Assembly: GCA_965222605.1 (NCBI GenBank) | Contig: OZ244960.1 | Span: 5,952,001 to 6,016,000, forward strand | Reading direction: 5' to 3' | DNA: 64,000 nt | Source: Candidatus Latescibacterota bacterium | Lineage (GTDB): Bacteria; Latescibacterota; UBA2968 | In this document: piece by piece, positions 38,650 to 48,546 of the stretch | Layout of the letters: each line of letters opens with the position of its first letter | Position numbering within the stretch: position 1 is the stretch's first letter | The notes under the pieces: generated by a model | Told to the model about the DNA's origin: nothing | What the model saw: the letters and a program-made list of their open reading frames with translations, nothing else | Databases searched by the model: none | Position numbers and translations under genes: made by a program

Positions 38650-39936
38650 ATGGGAAAGCTGGCATTGATGGGTGGTCCGAAGGCGGTAACGCTCGACAGA
38701 AGGAGGTTCGCGGTTCCCCCTGTGAGCGAGGAGGCGATTGCGGTGGTGGTGGAACTGATGCGCAAGGGCGAGACCTCCGTTTCACCATTGGTCGCCGAGT
38801 TCGAGCGCGAGTTCGCCGAATACATCGGCTGTGAATACGGGCTGGCGCTTACCAGCGGTACGGCGGCGCTTCACACGGCCCTGTTCGCGGCGGGAGTGGG
38901 GCCTGGCGATGAGGTTATTGTTCCCTCCTATACATTTCCTACTACAGCGACGACGGTGCCGACTCTGGGGGGAATCACTGTCTTCGCCGATGTAGATCGC
39001 GATACGATGAATCTGGATCCTGCCGACATCGAGCGGAAGATTACGGGACGGACCCGTGCGATCGTGGTCTGCCACGTCTGGGGCAATCCTGCGGACATGG
39101 AGCCGATTCTGGAACTGGCACGTCCGCGGGGGATCGCCGTGATCGAGGACTGTTCGCACGCCCACGGGGCCATGTGGCAGGGGAAGAAGGTCGGTTCGGT
39201 AGGCGATGTCGGCTGTTTCAGTTGCCAGGGTTCCAAGCTAATTGCGGCGGGGGAGGGCGGTGTGCTCACGACCAATGACCGCGACCTGTACGAGCGCGCC
39301 ATCTTGCTGGGCCGCCCGGAAAAGCGCGCTGAAATCCGCGAGGAGTCATGGACGAAGCGTTTCGCCTTCACCGGAGTGGGCTTCAAGTACCGGCCCCACC
39401 CGCTGGGCATCGCAATCGCCCGCGAGCAACTTCACCACCTGGATGAGATGAATGAAATCCGCGACCACAACGGTGCGACCCTGGACGCCGGGCTGGCCGA
39501 TGTGGCCGATGTGGTGCCCCAGAGGGTGGGGCCGGGCTGCCGGCGTGTGTACCCCTACCACTACATGAGGTATGATCCGGACAAGCTTGGAGGTGTTTCG
39601 ACCGAGACCTTCCTGCGGGCACTCGCGGCGGAGGGTGTGGGCACCGGCCAAATCCGGTACGGACATTTGCACGGGAACGCGCTTTTCACGGAGGGATTTC
39701 CCTACGGTACGGAGCGTACGGCATCGAGCGTGCTGGGGCAGGAGACGCCGGAGTTTGCAAACGGCCCGCTTCCGGTGACAGAACATCTCAGGGAGTATTC
39801 CTTCCGCGCGGCTCCCCGGCTCGAAACGGAGTGTCGGGAACTGATCAACCAGTATCTGGATGCCTACCACAAGGTGGCTTCGGCCGCTGATGAACTCCTA
39901 ACTTACGAGAGGGAGTACGACGGCAAGGCTCCCTGA
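38650..39936 (+). CDS. DegT/DnrJ/EryC1/StrS PLP-dependent aminotransferase
   Basis: SGTAAL, GDEVIVPSYTF, IEDCSHAHG, S.Q.SK...GEGG. Confidence 0.92.
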   Translation: MGKLALMGGPKAVTLDRRRFAVPPVSEEAIAVVVELMRKGETSVSPLVAEFEREFAEYIGCEYGLALTSGTAALHTALFAAGVGPGDEVIVPSYTFPTTATTVPTLGGITVFADVDRDTMNLDPADIERKITGRTRAIVVCHVWGNPADMEPILELARPRGIAVIEDCSHAHGAMWQGKKVGSVGDVGCFSCQGSKLIAAGEGGVLTTNDRDLYERAILLGRPEKRAEIREESWTKRFAFTGVGFKYRPHPLGIAIAREQLHHLDEMNEIRDHNGATLDAGLADVADVVPQRVGPGCRRVYPYHYMRYDPDKLGGVSTETFLRALAAEGVGTGQIRYGHLHGNALFTEGFPYGTERTASSVLGQETPEFANGPLPVTEHLREYSFRAAPRLETECRELINQYLDAYHKVASAADELLTYEREYDGKAP

Positions 39937-39993
39937 TGAATCCGTGAACACTGTTAATGGCAGAATATCCGCAATCCGATTCAGGAGAGTTCT

Positions 39994-40911
39994 ATGTCCA
40001 ATATCCAGACCCGCGTCCAGCAGATGGGGGACGCCGCTTTGAAACTGATCGATAGCCACCAGCACGTTTTTTGGCACGGGCGCGATGACGCCGGGCTGAT
40101 CGCCGATATGGACCAGTACCATATCGAGAAGGCCTGGGTGTTGACTTCGGAGCGGCCGGCTTCTATCACGAAGAACCTGGCGCCGTATGACCCCCGCTGG
40201 AAAGGTAGTGATGACAACGCACCCACGCTGCCGCTGGACGGCGTGATCGAGGCCTGCCGTCGGTATCCGGAACGATTGATTCCGGGGTACTGCCCCAATC
40301 CACTGGATCCGAGGGCGATTCAGAAGCTATCGGGCGCGATCGACATCTTCGGGATTCGGGTTCTGGGCGAGTGGAAGTTCCAGACATTATTCGATGACCC
40401 TCGCTGTATTGAGATGTTTCGGTTCGCAGGCAGCAAGGGCCTTCCCGTGGTACTCCACCTCGACATCCCGTACGTTCCGCCCAAAGGTGGAACGTACGAT
40501 CCAAATTGGATAGGTGGGACGATCCACAACCTCGAGCGGGCACTGGTCGCCTGTCCAGATACGATATTCATCGGGCATGCACCGGGATTCTGGCGGGAGT
40601 TGAGAGGCGATGCCGACGAATATCCCCAGGTGAGCCACCGCGACCCGCTGGTGCGCGGTGGCAGACTGCCGGATATGTTTGACCAGTATGCGAATCTGCG
40701 TGCCGACCTTTCGGCCGGTAGTGGAATCAGAGCGCTCACGGCCGATCCGGAATTCTCTCGAGAGATGCTGATTGCGTACGCCGACCGGTTCCTATTCGGT
40801 CGGGACTACTATGGCGGCGAACTCCTCGCGTTTCTGGGCGGCCTGGATCTTCCTGAGGATGTGTGGCGGAAGATCGGGCGAGAGAATGCGGAGGGGCTTG
40901 TTCCTGTTTAG
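39994..40911 (+). CDS. Amidohydrolase_2 family protein
   Basis: IDSHQH, GEWK, IGHAPGFW, DLSAGSG, LFGRD. Confidence 0.85.
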   Translation: MSNIQTRVQQMGDAALKLIDSHQHVFWHGRDDAGLIADMDQYHIEKAWVLTSERPASITKNLAPYDPRWKGSDDNAPTLPLDGVIEACRRYPERLIPGYCPNPLDPRAIQKLSGAIDIFGIRVLGEWKFQTLFDDPRCIEMFRFAGSKGLPVVLHLDIPYVPPKGGTYDPNWIGGTIHNLERALVACPDTIFIGHAPGFWRELRGDADEYPQVSHRDPLVRGGRLPDMFDQYANLRADLSAGSGIRALTADPEFSREMLIAYADRFLFGRDYYGGELLAFLGGLDLPEDVWRKIGRENAEGLVPV

Positions 40912-40971
40912 CCCGATTTCATACCGCGCGACCATCTTTGTATCAGGCAAAGTTTTCAGGATAAAGCAGCG

Positions 40972-42984
40972 ATGGCCATTCAGCTACGAGAGGACTGCCA
41001 AGAGAGAACCAGATCCATGACGCGCTCCGTGCTTCTCGGCCTCGGCCTGGTCGTCGGGATTGATGTGCTGGCTATCTATGTGAAATACCTGCTTCCCCGA
41101 GGCCCGATGATGGCCTACAGCCATGTGCCTATGGTCGTGCTAATCGGCTTTGTCCTGATGCTCCTGGCCGGAGCAGTTGTTGCGCGTGGAACGAGGCGGG
41201 CACTGTCGCCCTCGGAATGGCATACCATTCTGGCGATGGGAATGGTCGGGGCAGCGGTCCTGTTCTACGGGTATTCCGGCTACCTTATTTCCTACATGGG
41301 CGCGCCGCACTACTTCGCCACGGGTGAAAACGAATGGGCCAATTATCTGCACCCCTATATTGCAGAGTGGCTGTTTCCCGAAAACGAAGAGAAAGCGGTG
41401 ACCTGGTTCTGGGAGGGACTACCCAGGGGCGCGCAATTGCCGTGGGGGAAGTGGATCTTACCCCTGTTCTGGTGGGGCGGATTGACCGTTGCCGCTTTTG
41501 TCCTCTATGCCTGCGTCACCACCATCTTCCGCAAACAGTGGATACACTATGAAAAAGTGGCCTTTCCGGCTATGGCTCCGCTGGTCGAAATGGCCTCCAA
41601 TCCGGGAGATGGAAAGGGATTTCTCCCGGCGTTCACGCGGAATGCGCTCTTCTGGCTCGGCTTCTGGCTCGTCTTCGGGATGATCGCCTGGAACTGTGTC
41701 AACTACTTCATCCCCACCTTTCCCCAATTCCCCATCTACGCGCAAGGCAGTGCGGCACACCAGGGAGGGCGATGGATCTGGATCGATCGAAATTTTCCGC
41801 CTATCTACGGCATCCTCGATATTTTTACTATCTGCTTTTCCTATTTCGCAACTGTGGAAGTTCTGTTCAGCATCTGGTTTTTCGATCTGCTCTTTATCCT
41901 CGAAGGGGGCCTGCTCAACCGGATCGGATTTGTGGCTACTTCGCCCTATTACTACTCGGGGGTCTGCTTCTGGCAGACGAAGGGAGCCTTCTTCTTTCTG
42001 GTGCTTTCTACCATCTGGGCGGCGCGTTCGCAGATCCGGGATGTGTTTTGGAAGGCACTTGACTCCCAGGCCCCGGTTGACGATAGGGACGAACCGCTCT
42101 CCTACCGCACGGCTGTTGCAGGGTTGGCTATCAGCCTGATCTACATCTGGGTCTGGTTGATCCGGATCGGATTTGATCCTTTTCAGGCGGTACTTCTGAT
42201 CTTCGGGGCGATCTTCACCTATTTGGGATTGGCGAGAATCCTGTCCGATACAGGGTTGCCTTATGTCAACGCCCCCGTTTGGGGAGGATGGGGCCTGGTA
42301 AGCCCCTTTCTGGATGGAGGATCCATCCACGCGAACACCCGGGTAGCTGCACGGACCTCGGGCGTCCTGTTATCCAATTTCAAGGGATCCTTTTTACCCG
42401 CTCTCAGCCAGGCCGGACGGGTGGCTGAGGGCGTGCAGGTGGAAAGCCGGCGACAGCTCACAGGCGCGGTTTTTCTGGCTTTTGTGACGAGTGTGGTCAC
42501 ATGCGTGGTGGTGACACTTTATCTGGGTTATCGACACGGAGCACTGAACTTTACAGGTTGGGTGGCGATCGGATCCGGCAATGCGCACTACGATCGCACC
42601 GCGAAATCCGTCAGATCCTTTCTGATGCAGGATACCGATGCACCGATCTTCATAGAACATCCTGACCAGTTCGCCTTTTTTGTGCTCGGCGCGCTGGCTA
42701 CCGCGGCGCTCTTTCTTCTCAGGCGTCGGTTCCCGTGGTGGCCGCTTCATCCGGCGGGCCTCGCCATTTCAGGCTCTTTTCTGGCTCGACGGACGAGTTT
42801 GACGGTTCTTGTAGCCTGGCTGATCAAGTGGATTACCGTAAAGGTAGGGGGAGCATCCTCCTACCAGAAATCCCGGCCCCTGTTTCTGGGCCTGCTCGTC
42901 GGCTATGTCATGGGTGTCGTGTTATCGCTCTTCATTGACCTGATCTGGTTTCCCGAGCAGGGCCACATGGTCCATCGACTTTAG
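40972..42984 (+). CDS. DUF6785/DUF6784-like polytopic membrane protein, paralog of 23631-25631
   Basis: PHYFATGENEW, RKQWIHYEKV.FP, EVLFSIW, WWPLHP.G, PLFLGLLVG. Confidence 0.75.
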   Translation: MAIQLREDCQERTRSMTRSVLLGLGLVVGIDVLAIYVKYLLPRGPMMAYSHVPMVVLIGFVLMLLAGAVVARGTRRALSPSEWHTILAMGMVGAAVLFYGYSGYLISYMGAPHYFATGENEWANYLHPYIAEWLFPENEEKAVTWFWEGLPRGAQLPWGKWILPLFWWGGLTVAAFVLYACVTTIFRKQWIHYEKVAFPAMAPLVEMASNPGDGKGFLPAFTRNALFWLGFWLVFGMIAWNCVNYFIPTFPQFPIYAQGSAAHQGGRWIWIDRNFPPIYGILDIFTICFSYFATVEVLFSIWFFDLLFILEGGLLNRIGFVATSPYYYSGVCFWQTKGAFFFLVLSTIWAARSQIRDVFWKALDSQAPVDDRDEPLSYRTAVAGLAISLIYIWVWLIRIGFDPFQAVLLIFGAIFTYLGLARILSDTGLPYVNAPVWGGWGLVSPFLDGGSIHANTRVAARTSGVLLSNFKGSFLPALSQAGRVAEGVQVESRRQLTGAVFLAFVTSVVTCVVVTLYLGYRHGALNFTGWVAIGSGNAHYDRTAKSVRSFLMQDTDAPIFIEHPDQFAFFVLGALATAALFLLRRRFPWWPLHPAGLAISGSFLARRTSLTVLVAWLIKWITVKVGGASSYQKSRPLFLGLLVGYVMGVVLSLFIDLIWFPEQGHMVHRL

Positions 42985-43023
42985 GTTTCGCGTTTTCCAC
43001 CGCGGGTATCGGACGCACACAGC

Positions 43024-44739
43024 CTAATCCCGCGTCCTCCGTATAGACATGGTTTCCCCTTCTTTGATCACCAGTATTTTGTTGGAAGATGTCTCTTCAA
43101 TTCGATCTACTCTTCCCGATGGCCATCGGACCTCTACAAGGTCTATTCGTTCTCGCTTTCCCAATCCAAAGTGCAACCGCAGGTCGTTAGCCGACTGGTA
43201 GCTGGCTGCGCTGTGTACCTCCTTTACCTGCCGCAGATCGCCGGATATCACGGTTACCCGCGTCCCGATTCCGTCCCGATTGGAAAATTTTGAGTTTTTC
43301 TTTAGTTCCGGAACACTTCCTTCTCCAACCAGCCTCACTATCAGCCAGTTGTTCCGGTTGCCTCCTTCATTCCGCAGCAGATCTGGCCGATCGGCGACAT
43401 TGACGACCAGCAGATCGACATCTCCGTCGTTGTCGATATCCCCCGCAGCCGTTCCCCGGCTCGATTTGAGAATGCTCAAACCAGGGCCGAAGCGTACCGA
43501 AGCATCCAGGAATTTCCCGTTACCCGTATTCTCGAAGAGCTTATTGCGCTGTTTGTAGGGAGACACGTCGGAGATAAGCTCGATGTTGTCCAGGACATGC
43601 CCGTTCGCGGCAAAGGCATCGACATCTCCATCGTTGTCCGCGTCTAAGAAGACCAGTCCGAATGTCAGGTCATTCAGTGTTGAGGCTAGGCCCGCTGTCT
43701 TCGTCGCATCCGTAAATGTTTCATCTCCGTTGTTCAGGTAGAGGGTATTTGTCTCCGTTGATAGGTGCCCGATCAGGATATCCGAATAGTCGTTCCCATC
43801 TACGTCCGCGATATCCACTCCCATTCCCGCTTCGGCGTGGCCCATCTCGTTGAATGACACGCCAGACAGCAGGGCGATTTCCTCAAATGTTCCGTCGCCG
43901 AGATTGGCAAAGAGGTAGTTCTCCATCGAATCGTTGGCCACATAGATATCCAGGTCTCCGTCGTTGTCGTAGTCGGTGCCCACCACTCCCAGTCCTCTCG
44001 CTCCCGGTCGGTAGATACCGGACTCGCGGGTTACATCTGTAAAGGTTCCATCTCCTTCGTTCCGGTAGAGCACGTCTGGAACTCCCGGGTAGATATCCGG
44101 GTGGCAATAGCCCAGCGTGGTTGTCCCGGGTATTCTGCAGTCCCTATCGCTTTTTAGAGTACAATCGATATAGTTGACCAGATAGAGGTCGAGGTCTCCG
44201 TCCCGGTCATAGTCGAGGAACATCGCGGTACTACCCCAGCGCGCATCCCCCACTCCGGTCCGGGTGGTCACATCCACAAAGGTTCCGTTTCCTTCATTGC
44301 GGTAAAGCACATTGGGGCCGAAGTTGGTCACGTAAAGATCCAGGTCCCCGTCGTTATTGTAATCTCCCACCGCACATCCCATACCGTAGCCCGGATCGCC
44401 CGTTGCTGACACTGCCGTCACATCCGTAAACCGCCACTCTCCGTCGTTTCTGTAAAGGCGGTTGGTCGGTATCACAGTCGTCTGATAGCCCGGTAGCGGT
44501 GCGCCATTGATCAGGTAGATGTCCAGATCCCCGTCGCCGTCGTAATCGAATAGCCCACAGCCAGGACCCATTGTCTCTACTTCGTACTTCCTGCCACTAG
44601 CTCCGTTGACGTGGATGAAGTCAATGCCCGCCTGGACAGATACCTCCACAAATTGCACCTCCTGGCACCAAACATCGAATACCCAGAAGAATAGAACGAT
44701 TCCAGTACAGAGTTTCATCCATACTCCTTGCGCTAACAA
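43024..44739 (-). CDS. CRTAC1-like FG-GAP repeat / ASPIC-UnbV protein
   Basis: Repeated DYD.DGDLD.Y..N motifs and C-terminal SYQS..D.RLHFGLG...VRWPSG. Confidence 0.9.
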   Translation of the reverse strand: MLAQGVWMKLCTGIVLFFWVFDVWCQEVQFVEVSVQAGIDFIHVNGASGRKYEVETMGPGCGLFDYDGDGDLDIYLINGAPLPGYQTTVIPTNRLYRNDGEWRFTDVTAVSATGDPGYGMGCAVGDYNNDGDLDLYVTNFGPNVLYRNEGNGTFVDVTTRTGVGDARWGSTAMFLDYDRDGDLDLYLVNYIDCTLKSDRDCRIPGTTTLGYCHPDIYPGVPDVLYRNEGDGTFTDVTRESGIYRPGARGLGVVGTDYDNDGDLDIYVANDSMENYLFANLGDGTFEEIALLSGVSFNEMGHAEAGMGVDIADVDGNDYSDILIGHLSTETNTLYLNNGDETFTDATKTAGLASTLNDLTFGLVFLDADNDGDVDAFAANGHVLDNIELISDVSPYKQRNKLFENTGNGKFLDASVRFGPGLSILKSSRGTAAGDIDNDGDVDLLVVNVADRPDLLRNEGGNRNNWLIVRLVGEGSVPELKKNSKFSNRDGIGTRVTVISGDLRQVKEVHSAASYQSANDLRLHFGLGKRERIDLVEVRWPSGRVDRIEETSSNKILVIKEGETMSIRRTRD

Positions 44740-45124
44740 GTGGCGAGGTTGGTCAAGTATCGCTATTTCAACATGACCTGGGGATCGCTCTCATACGCAG
44801 AATCTATTTGAACCAGACGCTCTAAAGTCAGAGCGAATAATGCAAAATCTTAACTACAAATAATTATTGCAAATCAGGCGGTTCATTATCGGCATTATTA
44901 ATTTCTTTTATCCCGGAAGCGCTGAGAAACTTTTCTGCCAGCGGTCCAAAATGATCTTCTCTTGATTTTGTGTGTCATGTTTGCGAATTTATGGATAGGA
45001 AATCCCTTTGTCAATCCCTGTTTCCATTCCGCCCAGGCGCCTCGGGTTAGAGGGATTGAACGATTGTTGACTTATTCTTTTGAACCGCGGTCACTTTTCA
45101 CCTGAAGAAACATGGAGGTGTATT

Positions 45125-46405
45125 ATGATGCTCAAAGAGATAACAAATTTTGCTCCGGCATTGACGGACGAGACATTTGCAGAGTTGTTCGAAGCCTGTC
45201 GGCCCCAAAGAGAACGCTGGACAGATATCCCCTGGATCGGGGAACTCTGGGAGGGACGACAGAAGGCGGCGCGCGAGGAGAAGCCATTGTTCATCTGGGC
45301 GATGAACGGCCACCCTCTGGGTTGTACGTGAAATAATGGGGTTACGGGCCGTGCGCTCGTTTTTTCAGATCCGCGCGTGATCGCGCTTGTGAACGAACGG
45401 TTTATCCCGGTGGCTGTGAACAATTCCCGGTTGCAGCGACAAGCCGATGAAGAGGGCCGATTTTTGCGCTTGATCGCCTGGCAGGGGCGGTACGGGTATT
45501 CTTTTGAGGAAGCTCAGGCCCGGTTGGAGGCTATCGATCACGGGCTGAATCATCAAGGTCTATATGTAACAACGACAGAGGGAGAGGTGTTGGGCAGCCG
45601 CAACAGACTGTTTCCGGGTGGCAAGGTCCATGTTCAGAGTGTGGGTAGCGATCCAGACCGGTTTTTGTGGATGTTGAGACGGGCGCTGGTAAACTGGGAG
45701 AACCGCAAGACTCAGCGCGAGGCATTGGAAGTCGAAGATCTGGCGTATCGGGATCCCACATTTAGCTGGACGGCGTATCCGGAAGATGGGCTGGTTTTGC
45801 ATCTGGGTGTTAGGGACCTGCCCCGGCTGGTAGATACGCGGCCTCCGGGAATGAAGCGAGAGGCGCACAATCAGGATTACGTCTGGTTCCGACGGGAAGA
45901 GATGCTGTCTATGGTTCCACCGGATACGGCTGTGGGCGATGTTATTCCCATGCCCGAGGGGTTGGTCAGGCGGCTGGTGCGTTATCATCTGGCGGATTAT
46001 GTTCGGGGGGAAACGTCTTCGTGGTCGTCCGAGGCGATTCGGGATGCGTCTATGACGTTGACAGTGACTGATAAGACGCCAGAATGGGTGGATTTAAGGC
46101 TTTCCGGATCCGCGCGGTTGTTCGCGGAGGGGAGTTGGTACGAGGGTGCGTGTCAAAATCGGGGGCTGGATGCATCGCTTCTGGGATATTTGCGTTTTGA
46201 TCGGTCTGAGGAACGGTTCGTGCGATTCGATGTGGTGGCGGTGGGATCGCGGTGGGGCGGCACGGATTACAATGTACGGCAGGACGATTTGGAGCCTGCG
46301 CCGATCGGGATTGCGATGACGATTGCCGGGTCTGAGGCGAAGGATCGCACAGCGCCGCATGCGTGCCAGAGTCGAGGTGGTCTGAAATGGTATTTTAATG
46401 CGTGA
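45125..46405 (+). CDS. Putative selenoprotein paralog with CxU motif (TGA 45329-45331 read as Sec), about 426 aa
   Basis: GGAGG RBS before ATG 45125. The split ORFs are in frame and read GHPLGCT-U-NNGVTGRALVFSDPRVIALVNERFIPVAVN. Confidence 0.85.
45344..45360 (+). promoter_or_regulatory. Candidate bacterial SECIS hairpin
   Basis: ACGGGC-cgtgc-GCTCGT with the same 12-nt spacing from the TGA as in the paralog. Confidence 0.7.
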
Positions 46406-46444
46406 TTTGATAGCCGGGATGTGTTTTGTCGCATTTTGGGAGGG

Positions 46445-47374
46445 ATGATGATACGGTGCGAACGCAGAGCAGAACTCGAGATCGAAACACCGCACCTTTG
46501 CGCGACGGTGCGGACAGAGGGGTACGTGAGCGGGATCAAAAGCAGATCGTTTGTAGATAAACGGACGGGCGCGACCGATCTGGGTTCGGGCCTGCACATT
46601 ATGGACTTTCTGCTCGTGCCGGGGTGGGGAGATGCAGAACAAAATCGGATCTACGACGGGAATCTGCCCAAGCGCGTGGTGGAAGGTCCCCAGATCTGTA
46701 CGCGGGCACGGCGGCTGGACTATGAGGTTATCCGGGGCGAAGCGTTTCTGGCCGTGCGGCAGTGGTTTACGTTCACGAGCGTGGTTGAAGGTTTCCAGGC
46801 CGGGTCGCGGTGGGAGCAGACGTTGCTATTTCTGCCAGATACGCGGTACGTGCTTTCGTGCGAACGGATCACCTGCGTCAATAGTGCGGACTGTCTGTTT
46901 TACCGGATCGACATGCCCGGCCACCTGCACCACAAGGGTGGAGACACTTTTACGCGGATTTACCTGAGCTACCACGGGTACATCGAGTCTTCAGAATTCC
47001 TGACGGATTTCCCCCCGGACGAAGGGTTCCTCTATCAGCGCAAAGATCACGATATTCCCGATCGGATTATCCGGGCGTATGAACAACGGAAAGAGGGCGG
47101 CACGGCCGTGTGGCTGGCGGGGATGACGCTGGACCCAGCGGCGGTGTACGAGGCGTGGTGCCACCAGCGGGGTTACGTCTGTTTCATCCAGGAACTGCAC
47201 GGTCGGAAGGTGACGGCAGGGGACGCGATCGGGGCCGCCTATGTGGTGGGATATTTCGATTCGGTGGCTGAGATGAATGCGGTCTATGACCAGTATCGAG
47301 GGGTGCGCTCGATTGCGGTAGATGAAAAGGGATACACCCTGCTGAATGAGGTAGAGAAAGCCGATGGGATTTAG
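46445..47374 (+). CDS. Hypothetical protein (beta-rich)
   Basis: GGGAGGG RBS before ATG 46445. Long ORF just downstream of selenoprotein 2 with no motif I recognise. Confidence 0.7.
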   Translation: MMIRCERRAELEIETPHLCATVRTEGYVSGIKSRSFVDKRTGATDLGSGLHIMDFLLVPGWGDAEQNRIYDGNLPKRVVEGPQICTRARRLDYEVIRGEAFLAVRQWFTFTSVVEGFQAGSRWEQTLLFLPDTRYVLSCERITCVNSADCLFYRIDMPGHLHHKGGDTFTRIYLSYHGYIESSEFLTDFPPDEGFLYQRKDHDIPDRIIRAYEQRKEGGTAVWLAGMTLDPAAVYEAWCHQRGYVCFIQELHGRKVTAGDAIGAAYVVGYFDSVAEMNAVYDQYRGVRSIAVDEKGYTLLNEVEKADGI

Positions 47375-47384
47375 AGCCATCGGC

Positions 47385-47480
47385 TCAACCACCCTCAATA
47401 AACTCACCGCCTATGTCTGTAGCAATCTGCGTCCAGATTTCGTCCTTGGAAGGGCCGAAAGCAGATCTGAGAATACCCAT
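47385..47480 (-). pseudogene. Truncated 5' gene fragment (MGILRSAFGPSKDEIWTQIA...; DUF3137-like start)
   Basis: GGAGG RBS and ATG downstream of the nucleotidyltransferase. It stops after about 31 codons, and a decayed copy sits at about 51.6 kb. Confidence 0.45.
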
Positions 47481-47690
47481 CTTTTCCTCCATAGTTGAAA
47501 CGCCTGATAATCCCACAAATAGCCAATCGCTTCCGCGATCTACTTCAATTGTCCCTCTATCCAATCCATCCACTTTACAAGCTGTGAAAGGTATATAGAT
47601 ACCCTCTCGTTTGAAGAGTGTGTCAGGTGGATGTACAACTCTTCGGTCTCATCGAGAAAGTCGGTCCACTGTGGATATGACGTCTTTAAC
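47400..47690. repeat. Degenerate ~290-bp direct repeat, copy 1
   Basis: Aligns with 51609-51893, sharing blocks such as aatcgcttccgcgatctacttc and ctctatccaatccatccactt. Confidence 0.85.
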
Positions 47691-48349
47691 ACCGGTATTG
47701 TGTCAATGCCTTTAAGCGAACGAAAGCGTCCTTGTGCCATCAAGAGACAAGCCCCGCCTAATACGCTAAGGCGTGCCAACTTGCGGAGTTTTAGTCGTGT
47801 CTCATCGGGGAGAGAAAAGTCTGTTTTATTTTCCTTTTCTAATCTCGCTACATATCGAGTAAGATCCAAAGCTGGCTGAAAATATTCTCGCACCCACGAT
47901 GGAGTGAGAATCGGTAATTCGAACTCTCCTGTAAGATCACGTCCCCAAACAAGTGTGGCATCATAATGTAAACGAAATCCAAATGCTTGATGCCGTGACC
48001 GCAAGTCTTTGTTCGCCCCCGGTTGTCTGCCCTGCAAGACATCATCAATTGAACGGGGTAGGCGGAGTCCGGACACACCGGGCAACTCGCGATTAAGTTT
48101 TTCCTGCGTTTCTCTGCACCATTGGTGGTCAGTTTTTCTTAACGGTCCCTCAATGAAGGGATACAAATCAAGATCGGAAATGCCTGGAATGGCTTCATTT
48201 CTGTGAACACTGCCCCATACATAGATTGAAATGAGTCTCTCTGCAAAGTGGGCATGGTACTCCAAAATATGGTGCTGAATAAGTTGCACGAAGTATTGAT
48301 CGTCAAATAGATGTAAATTTTTGTATTTATCAGAGGTATTCAGTTTCAT
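47540..48349 (-). CDS. Pol-beta-superfamily nucleotidyltransferase domain protein
   Basis: SIYVWGS...GISDLDL (GS...DxD) plus a helical C-terminal part. Confidence 0.7.
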   Translation of the reverse strand: MKLNTSDKYKNLHLFDDQYFVQLIQHHILEYHAHFAERLISIYVWGSVHRNEAIPGISDLDLYPFIEGPLRKTDHQWCRETQEKLNRELPGVSGLRLPRSIDDVLQGRQPGANKDLRSRHQAFGFRLHYDATLVWGRDLTGEFELPILTPSWVREYFQPALDLTRYVARLEKENKTDFSLPDETRLKLRKLARLSVLGGACLLMAQGRFRSLKGIDTIPVLKTSYPQWTDFLDETEELYIHLTHSSNERVSIYLSQLVKWMDWIEGQLK

Positions 48350-48546
48350 AAAGCGGCTACCTTTAGGCCAAATAGCAAATAGAACGGATAAAGTAAATTT
48401 AGATTACAAATATGTGTAAATCAAGTTTTCAGTCCAATCAGCGTATTGGCATCATCTGGCGAAGTGATGTGGGAACGCCAGACCAGAAATACATGTCTAA
48501 TGATTCAGGACCGAGGAGAGTAACCGATCTACCGGATAAATGAAAA

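Noticed and set aside
45011-45059. Inverted repeat TCAATCCCT...AGGGATTGA upstream of selenoprotein 2 as a riboswitch or ncRNA
   Set aside because: A single 9-bp stem with no recognisable aptamer motif, and it is absent upstream of paralog 1.
47385-47387. TGA read-through in the MGILRSAFGP fragment
   Set aside because: No Cys motif, and the continuation runs antisense into the neighbouring gene. Truncation is more likely.
47540-48349. MNT-HEPN toxin-antitoxin, CBASS cyclase or aminoglycoside resistance gene
   Set aside because: Only the generic GS...DxD motif is visible, with no partner toxin or effector gene adjacent.
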